Shown here piece after piece: positions 25,976 to 33,116 of a stretch of 64,000 bases of DNA. Positions within the stretch are counted from its first letter, which is position 1; each line of letters opens with the position of its first letter. The notes under the pieces were generated by a model. The model was not told the DNA's origin. It did not search any database and worked only from the letters and a program-made list of their open reading frames with translations. The position numbers were made by a program, and so were the translations under genes. Origin of the DNA: Candidatus Latescibacterota bacterium (GTDB lineage Bacteria > Latescibacterota > UBA2968); contig OZ242320.1 of assembly GCA_965208125.1 (NCBI GenBank), positions 2,619,821-2,683,820 of the forward strand, in the 5' to 3' direction.

Positions 25976-27652
25976 ATGCCTGCGCTCGCGTCTCACGTCT
26001 TACATCTTACCTTTTTCTTTCTTTTTTTAGCCTGTGCCCGGCAGATGCCTCCGCCGGGAGGACCGCTCGATAAAACGCCGCCGAGGGTAGTTGATACAGT
26101 GCCCGCAGATGATTCTGTGCGAGTCGGGTTGGATACTCGGATTCGCATTCGCTTTTCCGAGGCGATGGATCGCAGGTCGGTTGAGCGGGCGTTATTTATT
26201 TCGCCACAGAGGGCTGAGGAATTTGATTTCAAGTGGCGTGGGGATGTGCTGGAAATTCGATTGTCCGATGGCTTGCAGGCCGATCGGACGTATCTGGTTA
26301 CGGTGGGGCAGGAGAGCGCGGATGAGTGGCGCAACCGCATGCGGTCTTCTTATAGTTTTGGGTTTGCGACGGGGGATCGCTTAAATCGCGGGGAACTCAA
26401 TGGGCGGGTGTTGAAGTCTAAGGGACAGACAGGACAGGTAGTGGATAGAGGCATTCCACCACAAGTTTTTGTTTGGGCTTATGATCTGTCTTTGGTGATG
26501 GCACCCGATCCGGGACGAGACCGTCCCACGTATGTGACACAGCCCGATGAAACGGGTCATTTTGTATTGCCGCGGTTGGGGTCTGGGAATTATCGGATAT
26601 TTGCTTTTGGCGATCAGAATAATGATCGCGCGTATTCATCAGGCGACTTGTTGGCACTTCCGCCCGGCGATGTGGTGCTCACCGATGAGGGGCGCGTTCG
26701 CCTGGGGGATCTCAAACTCGCGGTGCGCGATACATCAGCACCTGCGCTCGTTGCCGCACGCACGCCAGATCAACAGCATGTTTTGATGCGATTTGATGAA
26801 CCGGTGCGCGTTTTAGGCGTTGAAATAACCGACCTGTCGGTGTTGGAGATATATCAAGATCCCGTTGACTCGAGCGGGGTAGGGTTGATTACCGAACTGC
26901 AAACGCGAGGTGTGGAATACAGGGGGCGGGCTGATGTCGCAGATCAGTGGGGGAATCGCGATACCACAGATGTAACGGTGCGAGGCGATGGTACGCGCGA
27001 TCGACGCGCGCCAGAGGTGCTGGCTCGCGCACCAGTGGAGAATGCCGAGAATGTTTTGCCAACGGCTGTAATTCGCATGTTGTTTTCCGATGCGATGCGT
27101 GTAGATGTCGTGTCTGACTTCTGGATAGCGTCGGATTCGACGGTTGTTCCCCAGGGATATTTTGAATGGGTTGCGCCCAATCATCTCGTGTTTACACCGG
27201 ATAGTCTGTGGATGGGTGGTGAGACGATTCGGCTCATTGGAAATCGCGAAAAACTCCTGGATATTGGCGGTAATGTTCTTTCTGAACCGATTTCGTTTGT
27301 TTTTTCTGTGATGGATACTGCGGCTCTGGGGCGCGTTTCCGGGACGACTTCTTCTTCTGATGTGGTGATATGGATGGAGGGGTTGACGCATGACTTTTTT
27401 TTAGAGCAGGTTTTGCGGGATACGACGTTTAGTTTGACGAATTTGCTTCCGGGGACGTATCGCATTTCCGGATTTTTAGATCGCGACCGCAATGGCCATT
27501 GGATGTCTGGGCAAGTCCATCCGTTTGTGCCCGCGGAGCCTTTGATCGCGCATGCCGATACTGTGGAGGTACGGGCGCGGTGGGAGACGGAGGTGGAGAG
27601 GTTGGATTCCAAAATCTGGTGGATGTTGCCACCTGAGGAAAAGAAACCGTGA
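25976..27652 (+). CDS. Lipoprotein with SbsA-type bacterial Ig-like (Big_5) domains
   Basis: ATG 25976 gives MPALASHVLHLTFFFLFLAC, a signal peptide with a lipobox Cys. PPRVVDTVPADDSVRVGLDTRIRIRFSEAMDRRSV, and a second copy APEVLARAPVENAENVLPTAVIRMLFSDAM, match the Big_5 pattern. Confidence 0.7.
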   Translation: MPALASHVLHLTFFFLFLACARQMPPPGGPLDKTPPRVVDTVPADDSVRVGLDTRIRIRFSEAMDRRSVERALFISPQRAEEFDFKWRGDVLEIRLSDGLQADRTYLVTVGQESADEWRNRMRSSYSFGFATGDRLNRGELNGRVLKSKGQTGQVVDRGIPPQVFVWAYDLSLVMAPDPGRDRPTYVTQPDETGHFVLPRLGSGNYRIFAFGDQNNDRAYSSGDLLALPPGDVVLTDEGRVRLGDLKLAVRDTSAPALVAARTPDQQHVLMRFDEPVRVLGVEITDLSVLEIYQDPVDSSGVGLITELQTRGVEYRGRADVADQWGNRDTTDVTVRGDGTRDRRAPEVLARAPVENAENVLPTAVIRMLFSDAMRVDVVSDFWIASDSTVVPQGYFEWVAPNHLVFTPDSLWMGGETIRLIGNREKLLDIGGNVLSEPISFVFSVMDTAALGRVSGTTSSSDVVIWMEGLTHDFFLEQVLRDTTFSLTNLLPGTYRISGFLDRDRNGHWMSGQVHPFVPAEPLIAHADTVEVRARWETEVERLDSKIWWMLPPEEKKP

Positions 27653-28041
27653 TGTTTTTTTGGAAATATCGAGATCAGTTGTCTCAGGTGGGTGTTGTTA
27701 TTGGTCTTCTGGTATTGATATGCGTGGTGTTGTTTTATCAGTTTACATATCGCACGCCCGAAGACGCAGAGCGAGAACGCGCCCGCATTATGTTGCAACG
27801 CATTGCGACTCTACAACACGCATATCGCGCAGAATATGGCACTTATTTATCTATTGATGAAAAAAGTAATGGCGGTATTTTACAACTCAATAATGTGCCC
27901 GGACGTTTTCGCTATCGGGTGACGGTTTCAGAGGATGGTTTCAAAGCGTATGCAGAAGCGGATTTTGATCGAGATGGCAAAGCCGAGGTGTGGGTGGTGG
28001 ATGCAAGGGAATCAGAACCGGTACTCAAACATGAGGATTAA
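27652..28041 (+). CDS. Small single-pass membrane protein with a pilin-like globular part
   Basis: ~129 aa. It has one N-terminal TM helix and then LQRIATLQHAYRAEYGTY...ADFDRDGKAEVWVVD, which resembles the pilin head pattern. There is no G/FTLIE prepilin cleavage motif. The start overlaps the upstream stop (GTGATG). Confidence 0.5.
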   Translation: MFFWKYRDQLSQVGVVIGLLVLICVVLFYQFTYRTPEDAERERARIMLQRIATLQHAYRAEYGTYLSIDEKSNGGILQLNNVPGRFRYRVTVSEDGFKAYAEADFDRDGKAEVWVVDARESEPVLKHED

Positions 28042-30559
28042 TATTGTGAAAAAGATATGTGTTATCGGCCTTTTGCTCGCTCTGTGGGTTGGTGCAGAGG
28101 GGTATGTGATTCTTACACGACAAAATTCGCGTGAACGTATTGTGACACTTCGCTGGTCACCCTCTCGGGCCCAGGCCGGTATTCCCTTTGTGGTCAATGC
28201 CGGGAGTTTTCCTTTTCCCGAGGCCGAGGTGGTGCGGATCGCACAGCAGGGGTTTAACGACTGGGGCGGGGTGCCGTCGGCATTTATTACATTTGAATAT
28301 GAAGGTACAGCACAGCTTGAAGTGGCGGGTAATGATAATCGCAATGTGATTTTTTTCGATACGACGGGAGAGGTTATAGGAGCACCTGAGGGTACGGGGG
28401 TCATTGCAATTGCACGGGTCATCGAGAACGACGACGGTTTTATTACGGATACGGATATTGTTTTTAATGGACGAGATCACGAGTTTTCGATTGAGGTGAA
28501 TAACACGCCTGAGAATCTGACCGATCTTCACGCTGTGATGACGCATGAAATCGGTCATTTGTTGGGGCTGGATCACAGCCCCTGGGTGGGTGACCCCGAA
28601 CTGCGACCGACCATGTTTCCCTATAATTTGGACGAAGCGCCGCGTGCGGAGCGTTCTCTGGAAGTCGATGACCGCGCGGGTATAACGGCGATATACCCTG
28701 TGGAAGGGTTTACTGGCGGTGTGCGTGGACAAGTTCTGGATGCCGATGGTCCCACATTTGGCGTGCATGTGGTGGTCTATCAGGCGGGAACAGATTCCCT
28801 TATGTTTGTCGCGAGTGCTTTGTCGGGTTCGGCTGGTGAACAAAAAGGACCCAATGGCGATGGGCGTTACGAAATTCTCGGGTTGCCCCCGGGTGATTAC
28901 CACGTTGCGATTGAGCCACACCATCGCGCAATTTCGGCTGATAATTTTGGCGGTATTTTTCAGACATTATATGATGAAAGATTAGAAAGAGAGTACTATA
29001 ATAATGCGTTTTTGAAAGACAATGCCCAGATCATACGCGTTGAAATCGACCGCGTGATAGAAAATGTCGATTTTGCGATTGGACCTTCTGTGGCGGGCGC
29101 GCCCTTTATTCGGGAGACTATTTTTCCGGCCAATACGCCCGATCCCAATGGCCCCTATCGCTTTTCGGCAAGGGTGACCGATAATACAGGGGTGGCAACG
29201 GTTGAATTGCATTATCGGGTCAATGGCGGGGGCGTGCACGTGCTGCCAATGATCCCTACGGGTAACGATATTTTTTCCGCTGAACTCGACGGACAAAGTG
29301 TGGGATCGCGGGTTGAATATCGGGTGGTTGCGCGCGATGGCGATGGCAATGAAACGCCTTCGCCGCCACCTGAATTGCCCATGTTGCAATTCGATGTGAT
29401 ATCCCTTTCTGGAGCTCCCGTACTTTTTGTTGCATTGCGAGATGAAGATATGGTGGCCGTTATTGATATGGGATCGGATGAAGAGGTGGCGCGCATTTCC
29501 ACTGGCGCGGGCCCCTTAAGTGTTTTGATGACACCGGATCAGCGCTATTTGTTTGTCGCCAATACGGGGGGGGCTGTCGGCACATCTGAAAATCGGGTCA
29601 CGGTTATCGAGACTGCCACGCATCAGGTGGCGGCGAATATTACGGTTGACAATGCGCCTCTGGATCTCGCGTTGAGCGCAGATGGGCAGTTGCTCTATGT
29701 CACCAATTCACAGTCTAAGAGTATTTCGGTTATTGAGGTGGCGAGTTTGACTGTGCGCAATCGCATTCGGGTGCCGGTTGTTAATGACGGCGGTCCCTAT
29801 GGCGTGGCGATTCATCCGGATGGAAAGCGGCTTTATGTCACAGATATCCAGGCCAATCAAGTGCTGATTGTCGATACCGCACTCAGAGCGACGGTTGGTC
29901 GCATTGATGTGATTGAGGACCCCCGCTCATTGGTTATATCTGCGGATGGAAAGCGGTTGTATGTGTCGGGAGGGGACTTTGGTGACGTTGGCAGTGGCGG
30001 TGTTGTGGTGATTGATACCGAGTCGGAGTCTGTGGTGACAACGATTTCTATAGATGGTGGAATCTTTCGCCTTGCTTTATCGCCGGATGGTTCGCGGTTA
30101 TACGGAACCGATCGCGCGAATGCCCAATTGGTCGTCGTCGATGTGGCGCAGAATCGCGTTGTGAATACTGTCCAGGTTTTGCCCGAAGGTGAAGAGACGC
30201 GTTCTTTGTTTGTGTCGCGCGACGGGTCGCAGATATATGTGGCGAACCAGAATTCGAATGAGTTGGTTATTTTTGACGCGGAGTCGTTTCAGATTTTGAA
30301 AACGCTGAGTTTTGAAGATAGACCACGCGGTATAGCAGTGCGCTCTCAGCCGGCTGTGTTTCTGCCCTTGCGGGAGATAGCCGCTCAAGCGGATTTCGAT
30401 GGCAGTGGCAAGATCGATTTTGGAGATTTTCTTCTGTTTGTTGCCGCTTTTAGTGCTGAGAGTCCCGATGCGCGTTTTGACTTAAATGAGGATGGGCAGG
30501 TCAATTTTGGCGATTTTTTGTTATTTACCAGTGTTTTTGGAAAAACGGTAAGCGCGTGA
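28031..30559 (+). CDS. Secreted multidomain protein: matrixin (M10) zinc metalloprotease + CarboxypepD_reg-like + YVTN beta-propeller repeats + dockerin-like C-terminal module
   Basis: ATG 28031 gives MRINIVKKICVIGLLLALWVGAEG, a signal peptide. The zinc site is HEIGHLLGLDHS (about 28544-28579). Repeated LYVTN/RLYVTD/RLYVSG beta-propeller units follow. The C-terminus is DFDGSGKIDFGDFLLF...DLNEDGQVNFGDFLLF. The ORF-track start at 27935 lies inside the upstream gene. Confidence 0.8.
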   Translation: MRINIVKKICVIGLLLALWVGAEGYVILTRQNSRERIVTLRWSPSRAQAGIPFVVNAGSFPFPEAEVVRIAQQGFNDWGGVPSAFITFEYEGTAQLEVAGNDNRNVIFFDTTGEVIGAPEGTGVIAIARVIENDDGFITDTDIVFNGRDHEFSIEVNNTPENLTDLHAVMTHEIGHLLGLDHSPWVGDPELRPTMFPYNLDEAPRAERSLEVDDRAGITAIYPVEGFTGGVRGQVLDADGPTFGVHVVVYQAGTDSLMFVASALSGSAGEQKGPNGDGRYEILGLPPGDYHVAIEPHHRAISADNFGGIFQTLYDERLEREYYNNAFLKDNAQIIRVEIDRVIENVDFAIGPSVAGAPFIRETIFPANTPDPNGPYRFSARVTDNTGVATVELHYRVNGGGVHVLPMIPTGNDIFSAELDGQSVGSRVEYRVVARDGDGNETPSPPPELPMLQFDVISLSGAPVLFVALRDEDMVAVIDMGSDEEVARISTGAGPLSVLMTPDQRYLFVANTGGAVGTSENRVTVIETATHQVAANITVDNAPLDLALSADGQLLYVTNSQSKSISVIEVASLTVRNRIRVPVVNDGGPYGVAIHPDGKRLYVTDIQANQVLIVDTALRATVGRIDVIEDPRSLVISADGKRLYVSGGDFGDVGSGGVVVIDTESESVVTTISIDGGIFRLALSPDGSRLYGTDRANAQLVVVDVAQNRVVNTVQVLPEGEETRSLFVSRDGSQIYVANQNSNELVIFDAESFQILKTLSFEDRPRGIAVRSQPAVFLPLREIAAQADFDGSGKIDFGDFLLFVAAFSAESPDARFDLNEDGQVNFGDFLLFTSVFGKTVSA

Positions 30560-30587
30560 TATGCAATAATTCCCGAAAGATAAAAAA

Positions 30588-30611
30588 GCTCTGGATGCCC
30601 GGAGCTTTTTT
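30588..30611 (+). terminator. Rho-independent (bidirectional-looking) terminator
   Basis: The stem is GCTCTGG / CCGGAGC with a 4-nt loop. It is flanked by A6 (30582-30587) and T6 (30606-30611). Confidence 0.7.
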
Positions 30612-30683
30612 ATCTTTGCGCTCAAATTGTGGTGTATATTGCAATGGTGTGTGACTTTTTAGCTTTTTTACAAGGAGGATGTG

Positions 30684-31547
30684 ATGGCGTTTGGACAGGG
30701 TGATTATGTCTATACGGTGCAGGAAAATTGGTGGTCGTTGCCCGAAGGCTGGTCGTTTGGATGGGTACCGGCGGTGGCTGTTGATTCGCAAGACCGCGTT
30801 TATGTGTACAGTCGCAGCGAGCACCCGATGGTGGTTTTTGATCGCGAAGGCAATTTTTTGTCTTCGTGGGGCGAAGATGTGTTAAAGGATGCGCATGGCA
30901 TTTATATCGATGCAGAAGATCACGTCTATTGTGTGGAGCGCAATACGCATTGTTTGCGGAAGTTTAGCTGTGATGGCGAGTTGTTGATGACGGTGGGGAC
31001 GCCCGATCGGGAAGGCGATGAAGGCGAGCCGTTTCGGTTGCCGACCGATGTCGCGTTTGATTCTCAAGGGTTTATGTATGTGTCCGATGGGTATGGCAAT
31101 GCGAGGATGCACAAGTTCACGCCCGATGGGGAGTTGATCAAGTCCTGGGGAGAACCGGGTACGGGACCGGGACAATTTGATCTGGTGCATTCTGTGCGGG
31201 TCGATAAGGATGACCGTTTGTGGGTGGCAGATCGGAGCAACAATCGCATTCAATTTTTCGATACCGAGGGCAATTTTCAGGGAGAGTGGACGGGTTTGCA
31301 CCAGCCCGATACTGTTTATATTGATGACGACGATGGGGTGGTTTATATCGCGGAGTTGGATCAGCGGGTGAGTATCTGGACGGTTGATGGCGAGAAATTG
31401 TCTGAGTGGGGGCGCGGGGTTGAAAGCGATATCCCCGGTGAGTTCAAGAAGTGCCCGCACGGTATCTGGCTGGATTCACACGGCGATTTGTATGTGGGGG
31501 AAGTGCAGACAGATGCCCGGTTGCAAAAGTTTATCCGGGAAAGATAA
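30684..31547 (+). CDS. NHL-repeat six-bladed beta-propeller protein (peptidyl-alpha-hydroxyglycine lyase-like)
   Basis: ~287 aa. It has repeated NHL-type blades (YVSDGYGNARMHKFTPDGELIKSWG, LWVADRSNNRIQFFDTEGNF, VYIAELDQRVSIW). There is no signal peptide. An AAGGAGG Shine-Dalgarno lies upstream. Confidence 0.75.
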   Translation: MAFGQGDYVYTVQENWWSLPEGWSFGWVPAVAVDSQDRVYVYSRSEHPMVVFDREGNFLSSWGEDVLKDAHGIYIDAEDHVYCVERNTHCLRKFSCDGELLMTVGTPDREGDEGEPFRLPTDVAFDSQGFMYVSDGYGNARMHKFTPDGELIKSWGEPGTGPGQFDLVHSVRVDKDDRLWVADRSNNRIQFFDTEGNFQGEWTGLHQPDTVYIDDDDGVVYIAELDQRVSIWTVDGEKLSEWGRGVESDIPGEFKKCPHGIWLDSHGDLYVGEVQTDARLQKFIRER

Positions 31548-31554
31548 GGCAGTG

Positions 31555-32409
31555 ATGATTGAGGGTATTGTCACTTATGGCCGGATGATTAAATTCGGCC
31601 ACAGTATTTTTGCCTTGCCATTCGCGCTTTCGGGCGCGGTATTGGCGGCGGCTGGATATGGGATTTCGTCCGAGCAGGTGTTCTGGATTGTGGTGGCGAT
31701 GGTGGGCGCGAGAAGTGCGGCTATGGGTTTTAATCGGCTTGTGGATCGGAAAATGGATGCGGCCAATCCGCGCACGGCCAATCGCGAGTTGCCGCAAGGA
31801 GTTATTTCGGCAGGTGCTGTGAAGGTGTTTGTGTGCGTTTTTTCTGCGCTACTCGTTTTTGCGGCTTATAAGTTAAATCCACTGTGTTTGATGCTGTCAC
31901 CTGTGGCATTGGGTATTGTGTTTTTTTATTCTTATACAAAGCGTTTTACGTGGACTACGCAGCTTTTTCTCGGGTTGGCATTGTCTCTCGCGCCCGTGGG
32001 GGCATGGATCGCAGTGACGGGACAATTGGATGCGAAGATTTTACTGCTCGGTGGCGCGGTGTTGATGTGGGTCGCGGGATTTGATGTGATTTACGCCTGT
32101 CAGGATGCCGAGTTTGATCGGCGGTTTGGGGTGTATTCGATTCCGCAGAAGTTTGGGATTGGTCCCGCGTTGTGGATTGCGCGGTTATTTCATGTGATTG
32201 CTTTTGGTTTGATGGTGTGCGTGGGACAGGTGTTTGAACTGGGGATGATTTATGTAGCTGGCGTGATGTGCGTGGGATGTTTGCTGATTTATGAACACTA
32301 TTTGGTGAGGCACAGAGATTTGTCAAAGGCGGGTATGGCGTCTTTGACAATGAATGGTGTGGTCAGTGTGGTGTATTTTGCGGGGACGCTGGCCGATTTG
32401 TTGTTGTAA
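31555..32409 (+). CDS. UbiA-family aromatic prenyltransferase (4-hydroxybenzoate polyprenyltransferase-like; could be MqnP-type)
   Basis: It is a polytopic membrane protein with the Asp-rich motif NRLVDRKMDA and a second motif ACQDAEFDRRFG. ATG 31555 is used because the ORF-track start at 31384 overlaps the NHL gene. Confidence 0.85.
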   Translation: MIEGIVTYGRMIKFGHSIFALPFALSGAVLAAAGYGISSEQVFWIVVAMVGARSAAMGFNRLVDRKMDAANPRTANRELPQGVISAGAVKVFVCVFSALLVFAAYKLNPLCLMLSPVALGIVFFYSYTKRFTWTTQLFLGLALSLAPVGAWIAVTGQLDAKILLLGGAVLMWVAGFDVIYACQDAEFDRRFGVYSIPQKFGIGPALWIARLFHVIAFGLMVCVGQVFELGMIYVAGVMCVGCLLIYEHYLVRHRDLSKAGMASLTMNGVVSVVYFAGTLADLLL

Positions 32410-32436
32410 TTCGCTGTATCTGGGATTCTGTTTGCT

Positions 32437-33030
32437 ATGAAACGAATTACGGTTGCAATTACAGGGGCAAGTGGGGCTATTTATGCGTTGCGCACGTTGC
32501 GCGCATTGCTGATGCGCGAGGTTGCGGTGGATGTGGTGATATCCGAATTTGGCTGGATGTTGCTTCGAGATGAGGCGGGCTTTGAGGGGAAACAGCGAGA
32601 TTTTGGTGGTTTTATCCGGGAACTTTATGGTGTTTCGGTGGATAATATGGCACTGCACCCGTTTAAGAATCTCGCTGCAACGCTGGCGAGTGGTTCGGCG
32701 CAGTCAGATGGCATGGTGGTGGTGCCGTGTTCGATGAAGACACTGGCGAGTATAGCCCATGGGTTGTCGCGCAATTTGATTGAACGCGCTGCAGATGTCG
32801 CGTTGAAAGAGCGCCGGACGCTCATTATCGTGCCGCGGGAGACACCGATGAATTTGATTCAACTGCGCAATATGGTGGCGGTGGCCGAAGCGGGTGCTGT
32901 TGTGGTACCGGCGATGCCAGCATTTTATCAAAAGCCGGAGACGTTCGATGATTTGGCGGATTTCGTCGTTGGTCGAATTTTGAGTTTATTGGGCATTGAG
33001 CACGATTTGTATCCGGCATGGGAAGGGTGA
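32437..33030 (+). CDS. ubiX: Flavin prenyltransferase UbiX family
   Basis: 197 aa. ITVAITGASGAIYALRTLRAL...VVVPCSMKTLASIAHG is typical of UbiX/Pad1. Confidence 0.9.
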   Translation: MKRITVAITGASGAIYALRTLRALLMREVAVDVVISEFGWMLLRDEAGFEGKQRDFGGFIRELYGVSVDNMALHPFKNLAATLASGSAQSDGMVVVPCSMKTLASIAHGLSRNLIERAADVALKERRTLIIVPRETPMNLIQLRNMVAVAEAGAVVVPAMPAFYQKPETFDDLADFVVGRILSLLGIEHDLYPAWEG

Positions 33031-33116
33031 AGGGTAAAGTGTGAAGTGTGAAGAAGCACCTGTTCTGGGGCGATGTTGGGAGGACTTCTCACTTCTAACT
33101 TCCTACTCCTTACTTC
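33020..33116. repeat. Purine-arm / pyrimidine-arm inverted-repeat element, copy B
   Basis: The purine arm is 33020-33056 (GGGAAGGGTGAAGGGTAAAGTGTGAAGTGTGAAGAAG). A 28-nt centre follows. The pyrimidine arm is 33085-33116 (CTTCTCACTTCTAACTTCCTACTCCTTACTTC). It sits exactly between convergent ubiX and the RNB gene and contains both stop codons. Confidence 0.6.

Noticed and set aside
27935-28030. The long N-terminal extensions proposed by the ORF track for the matrixin gene. The same applies to the starts at 31384, 43068, 44857, 54363, 56943 and 57577 for their genes.
   Set aside because: These extensions overlap the upstream genes, have no family similarity and bypass internal ATG/GTG codons. 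Those internal codons have Shine-Dalgarno sequences and give canonical N-termini or signal peptides.
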